From Candidatus Limnocylindrales bacterium (GTDB lineage: Bacteria > Chloroflexota > Limnocylindria > Limnocylindrales > CSP1-4): a stretch of DNA of 64,000 nucleotides. Of this stretch, positions 1 through 12,824 are shown piece after piece (the first letter of the stretch is position 1; every line of letters begins with the position of its first letter). The notes below the pieces were generated by a model that was not told the DNA's origin, searched no databases, and saw only the letters and a list, made by a program, of their open reading frames with translations. Location of the stretch: assembly GCA_049520815.1 (NCBI GenBank), contig JBEKPL010000002.1, forward strand, positions 14,654 through 78,653, written 5' to 3'. The position numbers were made by a program, and so were the translations under genes.

Positions 1-288
1 CTTCTCTACTTGCCGAGGGTCCAGGCTTTCGTGAGGGTCTACCCGTCGACCAAGACGGCGAGCGGCGGCCTGCCTCGCCTCGATGAGATCGAGCGAATGA
101 TCAGACGCCACGGTCGGGGCAGCTTGCCGCGCTTCTTCCAGCGCGAGATGGTGACGGTAGCCTGGCAGGAGCTCAAGCTGGGCGTCTCGAGTCGTCGATG
201 GGGGCGGGCCGGCCGCGGCGCAATGGAGTTGGCCCGGTACGGTCCCCGAGTGACGGCCCGGAGAGTGGCTCGCGCGGTCCGCCGCTAG
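1..288 (+). CDS. 3' end of an unidentified ORF (partial, runs off the window start)
   Basis: Frame 1 is open from nt 1 to the stop at 286-288. No motif recognised. The C-terminus is Arg-rich. Confidence 0.25.
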   Translation, partial: LLYLPRVQAFVRVYPSTKTASGGLPRLDEIERMIRRHGRGSLPRFFQREMVTVAWQELKLGVSSRRWGRAGRGAMELARYGPRVTARRVARAVRR

Positions 289-346
289 TCGAAATGAAGG
301 CACCGCCGCGCTCGGTTGTCAGCGGGTAGAGCCCGAGTCGCGACCT

Positions 347-1276
347 TCAGGATCGAGCCCTCATCCGCGTCGCCACCGCCTGAAGCCTTCGACGGCCTCT
401 CCGCCACAAGAAACGTGGCACGTCCCCCGGGCCAACGAGCGGGACTCTGAGTGCGTCCACGGAAGCCCGGATCAACTCTCCTCGCCGAGCGCTGTCACGT
501 GCTCGAGACCAGAGGTATTCCCTGAGCCTTCGACGGCGAATCACGTCGAGCCTGCGCCGGTCGCCCCGCGGTGTCTGCTTGATCCAGTCCTTCGACAGCT
601 CCAGCACGCGAATCGCGTCGTCTTGAGCCCGTGGCAGATCTGTGGTCATCTCGGTGGCCATGGCGATTGAACGAATCCGATACACGCAGTCCGGGATGTC
701 GAGAACTCGGAAGTGGGCACCCAGAAGGGCAAGATGAAGCCACAAAGCCCAGTCCTCGTAGACAACGAGCGACTCGATGAATGGCCCCGGCACACGATCG
801 AGCAGCTCCCGAGAAACGAGGGCGGCATGCACGGTCAGGCGGTTGCTGTGAAGCAGGGCTTCGCGGGGGTCCCCGCCGAAATCCGGCCGTGTTCGAGAGG
901 GGCGTTCCCGGCCTTCTGCGAACTCTACGTGGTCGGTAACCACGATGGTGTCGGGACCTGCTTCCTCGAGGACCCGCAACCGTCGCTGGAGCGCACCGGG
1001 CTTCAGGAGATCGTCGGCATCGAGAAACACGATCGCCTGGCCGTTCGATGCAGCCAATCCCGCGTTGCGCGCGGCAGCGGCGCCGGTCCCGGAGCCCACC
1101 ACGATCCTGGGAGCGACAGCGTGGCCGGAGGCGATCTCGCGAGTGCGGTCAGTGGATCCATCGTCCACGACGATCGTCTCCACGTGGACGCCTGCCTGGC
1201 TGGCCACCGAGTCGAGGGTGGCGCCCAGCGTCGCCTCGGCGTTCTTCGCCGGAATGATGACCGAGATGAGGGTCAT
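347..1276 (-). CDS. Glycosyltransferase family 2
   Basis: Motifs 'LISVIIPAKNAEATLGATLDS..VVDDGSTDRT' and 'FLDADD' (DxD). Start placed at ATG 1276, which forms an ATGA overlap with the upstream stop at 1273-1275. Confidence 0.85.
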   Translation of the reverse strand: MTLISVIIPAKNAEATLGATLDSVASQAGVHVETIVVDDGSTDRTREIASGHAVAPRIVVGSGTGAAAARNAGLAASNGQAIVFLDADDLLKPGALQRRLRVLEEAGPDTIVVTDHVEFAEGRERPSRTRPDFGGDPREALLHSNRLTVHAALVSRELLDRVPGPFIESLVVYEDWALWLHLALLGAHFRVLDIPDCVYRIRSIAMATEMTTDLPRAQDDAIRVLELSKDWIKQTPRGDRRRLDVIRRRRLREYLWSRARDSARRGELIRASVDALRVPLVGPGDVPRFLWRRGRRRLQAVATRMRARS

Positions 1277-2076
1277 CGACGCCTTCGGACGATGCGACGG
1301 GCGAGGCCACGAGCCAGAGATCGCACCCGCCACTTGATGGGCCGCACATATGCGGCCTCCAGCAGCGTCAGCCCGGCCCGGCTCTTGAGCGGCATCCCGT
1401 GCCTGCGCCGAATGCCGAGATCCTCGCGGACGGCGGCCGTGGCGCGGTTGACGGACTTGGCCGAGGGATGGATCCGGAACCGGGACAGCACGGCGTCCGG
1501 CAGCGTTGCGATCGGGCCCAGTGCGGCCAGCCTCATCCAGAGGTCGACATCCATGGCCAGGTCGAACCTTCGATCCAGGCCACCTGCGCTCCGGTAGCAG
1601 GTTGCCCGAAAGAACGTCGAGGGCTGGGCCAGGTTGTACGGGTACGCCAGCAGCTCCTTCAAATTGCCCGCGGGCGGCGTTGGGATCGCCCCAGCGATGG
1701 CCCCGCTGGGACCGATCAGCAGCGCGCTGCCGCTGACCAGGGTCGCATCCGGACGCGCCTCGAACTCCGCCGCGACTCGCCGCAGGGCACCTGGCTCGAG
1801 AAGATCGTCGGCATTTAGCCAGCCGAATATGTCGCCGACGGCCCCGTCGAATCCCTTGATCAGCGCGTCCGTCTGGCCTTCATCCGGCTCGAACCTCAAG
1901 GTGACGTGCCTTCCAGCGTGGTCGCTCAGCCACTCACGCGACCCGTCGGTTGAGCCACCGTCCAGGACGATGTGCTCGACCTCGACGTCGGAGGCCTGCT
2001 TCGCGACCGACTCCACGTTCTCCACCAGCCATGGCATGCCGTTGCGGACCGGCGTGACGATAGTGAACCGCATCAT
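1273..2076 (-). CDS. Glycosyltransferase family 2
   Basis: Motifs 'FTIVTPVRNGMPWLVENVESV..LDGGSTDGS..LNADD', a typical GT2 Rossmann-like N-terminus with DxD. Confidence 0.85.
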   Translation of the reverse strand: MMRFTIVTPVRNGMPWLVENVESVAKQASDVEVEHIVLDGGSTDGSREWLSDHAGRHVTLRFEPDEGQTDALIKGFDGAVGDIFGWLNADDLLEPGALRRVAAEFEARPDATLVSGSALLIGPSGAIAGAIPTPPAGNLKELLAYPYNLAQPSTFFRATCYRSAGGLDRRFDLAMDVDLWMRLAALGPIATLPDAVLSRFRIHPSAKSVNRATAAVREDLGIRRRHGMPLKSRAGLTLLEAAYVRPIKWRVRSLARGLARRIVRRRR

Positions 2077-2500
2077 TGGCGTGGCTCGGGCCGCTGCGTC
2101 GAGGGCGCTCGCTGCGGCCCACCTTCGGACCGCAGTCCAACCGGAGGCAATCCGTGGCCTGGTCGGAATCGGCTGGAGAGACGATGAATCTGCGGCCTCA
2201 CCGGCATCCTCTCCTCAGGCGCGACGGTCGACCCGGCATCGCCATCGCCTCTCCGCGGTCGACCAGGTACTCTCGCCAGGGTCAGCACGAGCGGGACTCT
2301 ACCAGACAGCCGTCCCCCTTTGGTCTCTTGCCGGACTCGGGGCTGTGTCGGACGCACCGATCGCCGGTTGGAAACAGGGCCTTGGTTGAGACTCTCGGGC
2401 CAGCGCCTTCGCCTCGGCACGTGTGGTCTAACATAGGCAACCTTGGCCAGGGCCCTCGTCGCAAAGTCGGAGGCCACCTCACCGCACGGAGACAACAACA

Positions 2501-3697
2501 GTGAAGCAGCGCATTTCACAAGTGATCGAGCGCGTTTCGGCAGGGGCCGAGCGCGTTTGGAGAGGCCACAAGAAGCAAGTAGTCGCTGTCGGCGCCATCG
2601 CTGCGGCGCTGATCATCGTGGCCGCAGGGCTCCTGATATCGGCCGGACATCCCAGCCAGGTAGCGCAAGCCAGCCCTTCACCGAGCGTCAGCCAGACCCT
2701 GGCCACGCCGACGGAGTCGCCGACGGACGTTGTCCCCTCGCCGTCGGCGTCCGACCAAGCGGACCCGAACGCTCTGCCCGTCGGTTGGACGTACAGCGAC
2801 CTCGACGGAGTCTTGGCTCCGGCCGACCTCGCCCATCGCCTGCCGCTCGCGATCATGATCGACGACAACAGCGTGGCCAGGCCGCAGTCCGGCTTCTCCA
2901 GCGCCTCCATCGTCTACCAGGCTCCGGCCGACGGGGGCGAGGATCGCTACATGATCGTCTTCCAGGAGGGAACCGCATCGGACATCGGTCCGGTTCGCAG
3001 TGCCCGCCCCTACTACGTCTACTGGGCGGCCGAGTACAAGGCCCTGTTCGGGCACTTCGGTGGCGACGCCAAGTCGCTGCAGCAGGTCGTCCCCTCGATG
3101 TCCCAGAACATCTACGACCAGGATGACCTGAGGGGCGGATCCTGCCCGTACCACCGAATTGATACCCGGGCCTCGCCGCACAACGCGTATACGAACTCCA
3201 CGGTGCTGATCAGCTGCGCTGGGAAGAGGGGCTATCCGGCGACCTACCAGAACCTGCCGGTCCGCACCTTCGTTGACGACACACCGGCATCCGATCGGCC
3301 GGAGTCACAGTCGGTCACGATCCCCTATCGCACCGGGGCCATCGGCTACCAGTACGACCCGACGAGCAACTCGTATTTCCGCATTGTCGGCGGAGAGAAG
3401 CAGGTCGATCCGGCCAACAGCGCGCTGGTCCTCGCCCGCAACATCGTCGTCATGTTCCAGGTGGTTACCATCGACCCGCAGTCCGAGCCCGGCTACGCCA
3501 GACCCGTTGTGGCGAACGTCGGATCGGGCAAGGCCATCGTCTTCAAGGAAGGGAAGGCCATCACCGGCACTTGGAAGAAGACATCGAACACGGCCCTGAC
3601 TCGGCTTTATGACAACGCCGGCGCAGAGATCCCATTCGTCCGAGGCGAGATCTTCATGCAGAGCGTCCCTGTCGGCACGGCGGTCACCTACAAGTAG
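2501..3697 (+). CDS. DUF3048 (YerB-like) membrane-anchored protein, paralogue 1
   Basis: N-terminal TM segment ('VAVGAIAAALIIVAAGLL') followed by a Ser/Pro/Thr linker. Core 'PLAIMIDDNSVARPQSGFSSASIVYQAPADGGEDRYMIVFQ..RSARPYYVYWAAEY'. GTG start preceded by GGAG. Confidence 0.8.
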   Translation: MKQRISQVIERVSAGAERVWRGHKKQVVAVGAIAAALIIVAAGLLISAGHPSQVAQASPSPSVSQTLATPTESPTDVVPSPSASDQADPNALPVGWTYSDLDGVLAPADLAHRLPLAIMIDDNSVARPQSGFSSASIVYQAPADGGEDRYMIVFQEGTASDIGPVRSARPYYVYWAAEYKALFGHFGGDAKSLQQVVPSMSQNIYDQDDLRGGSCPYHRIDTRASPHNAYTNSTVLISCAGKRGYPATYQNLPVRTFVDDTPASDRPESQSVTIPYRTGAIGYQYDPTSNSYFRIVGGEKQVDPANSALVLARNIVVMFQVVTIDPQSEPGYARPVVANVGSGKAIVFKEGKAITGTWKKTSNTALTRLYDNAGAEIPFVRGEIFMQSVPVGTAVTYK

Positions 3698-3768
3698 GCC
3701 CAGCCGCGGACGACCACTGCCGGCCGAGAGGCCAAGGGACCACCAGCCAGCCTGCTACGCTTCACGCC

Positions 3769-4929
3769 GTGGAGACGATCTCTCGACCCCGGGAGACCTC
3801 GACGCCGGACCACCCGGCGATCGGCATAGACGTCACCCCCCTGACCTCCGGTCACGGCATTCGCGGTATCGGCAGGTACGTCGCCGGTCTGATCGAGGCC
3901 CTTGGCCGCGAGGAGCCAGACTGGTGTGCCGAGCAGCTGGGCGTTCTGGTCAACGGAGCGGCCGACCTAACCTGGCCCTCGGCGCGCACGTGGCGAGCCC
4001 GTCGGGCGACGATCCGCCCTCAGGACATCGGCTGGCTGGCCTCCGCCGTCTTCGACCGGTTGGCGATCCGGGGATCGGGCCCCCGGCTCTGGCACCAGAC
4101 CGATCCGAGCAGCCCGTTTTCGCCTGTTCCGGCACGACGCACGATCGCGACCGTCTACGACCTTATCCCGCTGCGCGACGCGGCCGTGATGCACCGCATG
4201 AGGCTTCACCGGCGCATCCCGTACAGGATCTACCTGCGCAGTGTTCGAAAGTCGGGCCTGGTCATCGCGATCTCGGAAACGACGGCCATGGAAGTCAGAG
4301 AGGTCCTGGGCGTGCCGGCCGAGCGAGTGCGCGTGGTATATCCCGCCGTTGTGCCGTTGATGGCTACCGATGCGCCGAAAGCTGCCGACAAGAGCAGCGA
4401 TCCCGACTTCCTGTTCGTGGGCGTCCCCGACCCTCACAAGAGGCCCGATCTGGCCATCGACGCCCTGGCCGCGTTCCGCCGGATCAACCATGCCGGCCGG
4501 CTGACGTTCGTTGGCTTCCATCCAGATCGGGATAGAGCGAGACTGGTCGCACGAGCCCGCACGGCAGCGGTGGCCGACGCGGTCGTGTTCCGGGACCTCG
4601 TCAGCGATCGGCAGCTGGCCGCGCTCTATACATCCTCGACCCTGATGGCGCTGTCGCGAATCGAGGGCTTCGGCCTTCCGCCCGTAGAAGCGCTGCTCGC
4701 GGGTGGCAGGGTGATCGCGGCCCGAGAGCCTATCTACGAGGAGGTTCTTGGAGATGCCGCCTGCTACGCCGCCGAGGCAAGCCCCGATGCCATCGCCGAG
4801 GCGATGTTGACAGCGACCCAGACAACGCCGCCCATCGCAGCACGCAGGCGTCTTGAGGCCCGGTTCTCCTGGCGCGCCACTGCCGATGCTCTTCTCGCCG
4901 CCTATCGAACAGCGCAGAACCTGCGATGA
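3769..4929 (+). CDS. Glycosyltransferase family 4 (GT-B)
   Basis: 'IGIDVTPL..GIRGIGRYV' N-terminus and 'LSRIEGFGLPPVEALLAG' E-x7-E region. The exact start is uncertain. Confidence 0.8.
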   Translation: METISRPRETSTPDHPAIGIDVTPLTSGHGIRGIGRYVAGLIEALGREEPDWCAEQLGVLVNGAADLTWPSARTWRARRATIRPQDIGWLASAVFDRLAIRGSGPRLWHQTDPSSPFSPVPARRTIATVYDLIPLRDAAVMHRMRLHRRIPYRIYLRSVRKSGLVIAISETTAMEVREVLGVPAERVRVVYPAVVPLMATDAPKAADKSSDPDFLFVGVPDPHKRPDLAIDALAAFRRINHAGRLTFVGFHPDRDRARLVARARTAAVADAVVFRDLVSDRQLAALYTSSTLMALSRIEGFGLPPVEALLAGGRVIAAREPIYEEVLGDAACYAAEASPDAIAEAMLTATQTTPPIAARRRLEARFSWRATADALLAAYRTAQNLR

Positions 4930-6002
4930 GGCTGGGCTACGACCTGAGCATCCTCCGCCATCCGCGGGCTGGTACGGCTCGATACGCGGAGGAACTTCTG
5001 GCGGCGATGACCACCACGGCCGCTCCAGGGGATGTGGTTCTGCCGATCCGAGGACTACCTCGAGGGCCGCGCGGCCTCCGCTTCCGCCGCTATCTGCATC
5101 TGGCAGAGGATCTCGCCTGGTGGGGAGTTGGCGGTGCGGCCGTCGCGGCCAGGACCCGTGTGAGCGCGTGGTTCTGCCCTGCCAACACGCTGCTCATGGC
5201 ACTTCCGCGACCGATGATCGTGACCATCCACGACGCCAACTTCCTCACGCAGCCGGACGCGTACGACCGCGGCTACCGCATGTACGCCAATCGGATGTTC
5301 CGCCACGCGGCGCAACACGCAAGGCGCATCCTGACCGACTCGGCGTACTCCGCCGGCGAGCTGGTGCGGCTCCTGGATGCTCCCGCCTCCAGCATCGTGG
5401 TCGCCTACCCCGGACTCGACCATGCTCTGAGGGTCCAGCCCGACCGGCCCGATCCGTCGCTGCCCAAACGCTATGCGCTTTGTACTGGGCAGACCGAGCC
5501 TCACAAGAACATCGGGTTGCTGATCGAGGCCTGGAGGGTGGGCGTGCCCGAGGACCTGCACCTGGTCATCGTGGGTCCGCCTGGCCGCGACGACGAGCGC
5601 TTGAGGGGCCTGGCCTCGCGGTCCGTCCTTCGAGAGCGGATCCACTTCCTGGGTCCGGTCTCCGAGGAGCGTCTCGCCAGGCTGTATGAGAGCGCGACCT
5701 GCTTCCTCTTGCCATCACGGGCGGAAGGATTCGGCTTTCCACCACTCGAGGCCATGGCACGCGGCGTCCCGACGGCGGTCGCTGCGGCGGGCAGTCTCCC
5801 GGAGGTCACGGCCAAGGGAGCATTGCACTTCGATTGTGAAGATGCCACCGCATTGGCCGGCCTGGTCCATGGCCTGGCAGACGATGATCGCCTGCGCAGG
5901 CGATTGGTGACGGAGGGAAGGCGCGTTGCCCGACGATACCGCTGGACGGACACGGCCCAGGTTGCCTGGTCGGCAGTCCGGGGGGCCATCGAGGATGGCT
6001 GA
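4926..6002 (+). CDS. Glycosyltransferase family 4 (GT-B)
   Basis: 'LPSRAEGFGFPPLEAMARGVP' E-x7-E motif. ATGA overlap with the upstream gene. Confidence 0.8.
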   Translation: MRLGYDLSILRHPRAGTARYAEELLAAMTTTAAPGDVVLPIRGLPRGPRGLRFRRYLHLAEDLAWWGVGGAAVAARTRVSAWFCPANTLLMALPRPMIVTIHDANFLTQPDAYDRGYRMYANRMFRHAAQHARRILTDSAYSAGELVRLLDAPASSIVVAYPGLDHALRVQPDRPDPSLPKRYALCTGQTEPHKNIGLLIEAWRVGVPEDLHLVIVGPPGRDDERLRGLASRSVLRERIHFLGPVSEERLARLYESATCFLLPSRAEGFGFPPLEAMARGVPTAVAAAGSLPEVTAKGALHFDCEDATALAGLVHGLADDDRLRRRLVTEGRRVARRYRWTDTAQVAWSAVRGAIEDG

Positions 6003-6023
6003 CCGGACGAGTCTCGAGACGCA

Positions 6024-7019
6024 ATGAGCGAGTCCGCGACGACCGAGCAGATGATGTCCAGCGAAACCCGCCCGGATTCCACCGAGCTGGTAGTCGCGAT
6101 CCTCAACTGGAACGGCTATGCCCTCACCCAAGCCTGCGTGGAATCTCTCGGACGACTTTCCGGGCCTGCCCATCGAGTCCTGATCGTCGACAACGGATCG
6201 GCGGAGCGCGAGGCGGAACGGCTGGCCGGCGAATTCGGAGGGCAGGTCGAGGCATTGGCGCTGTCTCGCAACGTCGGGGTCGGTGGCGGGTATAACGCAG
6301 CGATCCGGTGGGCGCGCGATCGCGGCGCGAAGTACGTGCTGCTTCTCAACAACGACACGCTCGTGAATGACCCGCTCCTGGCCAGGCGGCTGATCGACGC
6401 ATGCGGGCCGGACGTATTCGCGGTAGGACCGCTTGTCAAGGAACCCGGCGGCCGGGTGTGGACGGCCGGTGGGTTACTCAACTGGAGAACGTGCTGGACG
6501 GGCCACCTTCAAGCCGACGAGATCACCTCACCCACCTCGCCGTACCCGGTCGCCTGGATCGACGGCTCGTGCATGCTGGTGTCGGTGGCCGCCGCCTGTG
6601 AGATCCAAGGCTTCGACGAAATCTTCTTCCTCTACTGGGAGGAGGTAGACATCTGCGTCCGTGCCTGGCGCCATCGGCTCCGATGTCTCGTCGACCCACG
6701 GGCCTCCATCGTGCACCTGGTCAACCAGACCGCTCGGCCATCCCAGATCGACTACCTCATGCTGCGCAACGCCATCCTGTTCATGCGCCGCAACGGAACA
6801 CAAAGTCAGAACGCCACCTTCCTGCTGCACCTGCTTTGCCGCCGCATGCCGCTCTTCGTCGCCCGGCGGATCAGGCATGGTGGCGGGGTCCGAGAGAGCA
6901 TTGGAATGGCTCTGCGTTCACTCGGCTGGAACCTTCGAGACGCAGCCAGGCAGCGCGGCTGGAGGCGCGAGGCGGGAGGATCTATGGTGTGCGATCGCGA
7001 AGGCGGACGGCCGATCTAG
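6024..7019 (+). CDS. Glycosyltransferase family 2 (rhamnosyltransferase-like)
   Basis: Motifs 'VVAILNWNGYALTQACVESL..LIVDNGSAERE' and 'LLLNNDT'. Confidence 0.8.
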   Translation: MSESATTEQMMSSETRPDSTELVVAILNWNGYALTQACVESLGRLSGPAHRVLIVDNGSAEREAERLAGEFGGQVEALALSRNVGVGGGYNAAIRWARDRGAKYVLLLNNDTLVNDPLLARRLIDACGPDVFAVGPLVKEPGGRVWTAGGLLNWRTCWTGHLQADEITSPTSPYPVAWIDGSCMLVSVAAACEIQGFDEIFFLYWEEVDICVRAWRHRLRCLVDPRASIVHLVNQTARPSQIDYLMLRNAILFMRRNGTQSQNATFLLHLLCRRMPLFVARRIRHGGGVRESIGMALRSLGWNLRDAARQRGWRREAGGSMVCDREGGRPI

Positions 7020-7069
7020 AAGCGGCTGAAGCGGCCCAGTCCACCCTGCCTTGATTCACGTCCCGGCTC

Positions 7070-7085
7070 GATGCCGGCCGGCATC
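7070..7085. terminator. Perfect 16-bp palindrome GATGCCGGCCGGCATC between convergent genes (candidate bidirectional terminator)
   Basis: Read directly from the sequence. It lies in the 75-bp gap between the GT2 stop (7019) and the fcl stop (7095). There is no U-tract. Confidence 0.35.
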
Positions 7086-7094
7086 CAGGGCCGC

Positions 7095-8087
<993 letters not shown>

Positions 8088-8172
8088 TCAGAATACCCCA
8101 GATCGCGGAGCGCAGAAGTGATCTTCTCCCGCGGGCGTTCCAGGCCGTGGCGCTCTGACGCACGTCGACTGC

Positions 8173-8178
8173 CATAAT
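8173..8178 (+). promoter_or_regulatory. Candidate -10 box CATAAT placed 8 nt before ATG 8187 (leaderless-type arrangement)
   Basis: Sequence 'gccCATAATccgtggctATG'. No Shine-Dalgarno is visible. Confidence 0.25.
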
Positions 8179-8180
8179 CC

Positions 8181-9401
8181 GTGGCTATGGAATCCCGACC
8201 GCGCTTGCGGTTGCTGGCGGTCAGCCCATACGCCGCGTACCCCCCGGTTGGCGGCGGCAAGATGCGGGTCTACCACCTCCTGCAGGAGTGGATGCGGCTT
8301 GGGCACGAGGTCACCTTGTGGGTGGCGCCGTCGGACGAACCCGAGCTCGAGTGGTCGGACGGCGAGTCGCGGCCCCAGCTTCGGGCGCTCCCCGCCCTAA
8401 CCCGCGGGTCCATCCGCTCCAAGATCTCCGCGCTCCTCTCGCCGCTGCCGGGCGAGGTGTGGGCTCGCCCCTCGGGGGTCACCTGGCGTCGCGAACAGGC
8501 GAGCCGCTTCGACGTTGTCCTGTTAATGCAGGCTCATGTCGGACGATACGCCGCCCCGTTCATCGAGGCCGGCGTGCCAGTCATCCTCGACCAGCAGAAC
8601 GTGGAGTCCCAGGTATCAGGCGAGATTGCCCGCCTCGCGCCGACGCGAATGGGTCGAGCCCGCGCGCGCTTGGATGTCTGGAAGTGGCGATCCTACGAGC
8701 GAGGGCTGGTGTGGCGAGTCCAACGGACCGTCGCGGTCTCGGAGTCGGATGCTCTGGCCTTCCGCCAGCTCGTGCCATCGGCCTCGGTAACGGTCCGGCC
8801 TAGCGGTGCGGACTTGCGGTCGCTGAAGTACGTGGACCATGGGAAGAACCGCGGCGACAGCCTCCTGATGACGGGCACCCTGGGGTACCTGCCCAATCTC
8901 GATGCAGCGAACTGGATGATCGATCGGATTCTCCCGCTCGTGCGCCGGGTGCGTCCCTCGGCCCGCCTGGTCCTCGTAGGTGCCAGCGCCCCGGAGTCGC
9001 TGCGGAAGCGGGGCGGGGACGCCGTGGACATCGTTGGCCGCGTCCCGGACGTACGGCCCTTCCTGGAAGAGGCCGACCTGTTCGTGGCGCCGCTCCGGGC
9101 AGGCGGAGGCACCCGCCTGAAGCTGCTCGAGGCCTTCGCGGTCGGGCTGCCCACGGTCGCAACGACGGTAGCGAGCGCCGGAATAGCCGTTCGCCAGGGC
9201 ATCGATCTCGCGGTGGCGGACGACGAGGGAACCTTCGCCAAAGAGATCATCCGCCTCCTCGACGATGTCTCCGCGCGACGGGCGATGGCTGAGTCGGCCC
9301 GGCGCCTCGTCGAGGAGCGCTACGACTGGCGATCGATCGCGGCCGACTACGAGAATGATCTGTACGACGTCGTCCTGGCCGGTCAAGGCCGTGGTGGCTG
9401 A
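8181..9401 (+). CDS. Glycosyltransferase family 4 (GT-B)
   Basis: 'RLLAVSPYAAYPPVGGGKMRVYHLL' N-terminus and 'GGTRLKLLEAFAVGLP' C-terminal motif. Start is GTG 8181 or ATG 8187. Confidence 0.8.
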   Translation: MAMESRPRLRLLAVSPYAAYPPVGGGKMRVYHLLQEWMRLGHEVTLWVAPSDEPELEWSDGESRPQLRALPALTRGSIRSKISALLSPLPGEVWARPSGVTWRREQASRFDVVLLMQAHVGRYAAPFIEAGVPVILDQQNVESQVSGEIARLAPTRMGRARARLDVWKWRSYERGLVWRVQRTVAVSESDALAFRQLVPSASVTVRPSGADLRSLKYVDHGKNRGDSLLMTGTLGYLPNLDAANWMIDRILPLVRRVRPSARLVLVGASAPESLRKRGGDAVDIVGRVPDVRPFLEEADLFVAPLRAGGGTRLKLLEAFAVGLPTVATTVASAGIAVRQGIDLAVADDEGTFAKEIIRLLDDVSARRAMAESARRLVEERYDWRSIAADYENDLYDVVLAGQGRGG

Positions 9402-9518
9402 GGGGCCGGCAGGTTCCTGAAGCGCTCACCTGAGGTCGCCGGCTACGGCTACGCGCCGGCTACGTGTCGGTTGCTACGACTACGGCGCCCGCATCGCGGG
9501 CCTGCGTGCCCGCCGCGC

Positions 9519-10649
9519 TCACGGAGACCGGTCGCCGCCGAGAGCCAGACGGTATGCCTCCATCGTCCGCTCGGCACAGGCATCCCAGGTGAAAGCGGCT
9601 GCCCGCACGGGGCCGCCGAGACGCAAACGGGACCGCAGTGCCTCATCCGTGGCCGCCCGGAGCAGGCCCTGCGTGACCGCGCCGTCATCGTCCGGATCGA
9701 CAAGGACCGCGGCGTCGCCGGCGACTTCCGGGATCGCGGTGGCGTCTGCCGCGAGCACCACAGCGCCACAGGCTAGCGCCTCCAGCACCGGAAGGCCAAA
9801 CCCCTCGTACTTCGACGGGTAGGCCACCACGTGGGCGGCAGAGTTGAGAGCGCGGAGAGTCTCCACGTCCACGTAACCGAGTTCATGAACCCAGCCCCGA
9901 CCGTCGGCGGAGTCTATCGCCCCGTCGACGGCGGCGGCCTTCCAGGCGCGCTGGCCCGCGAGCACAAGATGGAGATCGCCGGCTCCTTCCGCCCTGGCTC
10001 CCGCGAGAGCGCGTATCAAGCGCGGGATGTTCTTCCGCGGATGAAGGTCCCCGACGGTCAGCACGAATCGCGCCGGGAGCCCCAGGGTGGAGAGATCGCG
10101 TCGGGCATCCTCCTCGCCCATTGGATGCCAGAAGGGTTCGACTCCGAGGGGGGTGACCACGATCCGCCCGGGGTCGATTCCGTAGTGGTGGCTGATCCGC
10201 GACCGCGTGAACTCCGATATGGTGATGACCGCCGCAGAGCGCCTTGCGGAAAGCCGGACTGTGAGCTTCAGGCGCATCTCCGTCCGGCGCGAGAACATCC
10301 CGGGCACGTCCTCGAACGACACGTCGTGGATGGCGGTCACGACCGGCAATCTGGCCAGTGGCGGCGCCACGTACTGGACGTGGAGCAACTCCGCGCCATC
10401 GCGCTTCGCGCGAAACGGGAGCTCCACGGCGACGCGAAGGTAGGGTGCCCTGACACGAAGATCGCGGCGGACAGGCGGGCTGGCCGTCGGCCATTCCGCG
10501 CCCGCGTCGACGTATACCGTCGGGGCGACGTCATCGCGCCGCTTCAGCGCCTGGGCCAGGTTGACGATGTAGGTCTCGTTACCGGTCTTGCGGCGGCCGA
10601 CGACATGAGCGTCCAGGGCTACTCGAATTCGGTGGGATGCGGGTACCAT
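9519..10649 (-). CDS. Glycosyltransferase family 4 (GT-B)
   Basis: 'RIRVALDAHVVGRRKTGNETY' N-terminus and 'PSKYEGFGLPVLEALACG' E-x7-E motif. The ORF is open to 10700. The start is probably ATG 10649 or 10658, because the canonical N-terminus begins just after them. Confidence 0.8.
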   Translation of the reverse strand: MVPASHRIRVALDAHVVGRRKTGNETYIVNLAQALKRRDDVAPTVYVDAGAEWPTASPPVRRDLRVRAPYLRVAVELPFRAKRDGAELLHVQYVAPPLARLPVVTAIHDVSFEDVPGMFSRRTEMRLKLTVRLSARRSAAVITISEFTRSRISHHYGIDPGRIVVTPLGVEPFWHPMGEEDARRDLSTLGLPARFVLTVGDLHPRKNIPRLIRALAGARAEGAGDLHLVLAGQRAWKAAAVDGAIDSADGRGWVHELGYVDVETLRALNSAAHVVAYPSKYEGFGLPVLEALACGAVVLAADATAIPEVAGDAAVLVDPDDDGAVTQGLLRAATDEALRSRLRLGGPVRAAAFTWDACAERTMEAYRLALGGDRSP

Positions 10650-10659
10650 CACAGTCATT

Positions 10660-12809
<2,150 letters not shown>

Positions 12810-12824
12810 AAGGGATCCCAGCGC

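Noticed and set aside
2077-2500. A possible ncRNA or riboswitch in the 424-bp divergent gap upstream of DUF3048 paralogue 1.
   Set aside because: Only short GC hairpins are present (for example GGGCCGC..GCGGCCC at 2087-2119). It has no resemblance I can recognise to a known riboswitch core and no similarity to the region upstream of paralogue 2. It is most simply a divergent promoter region.
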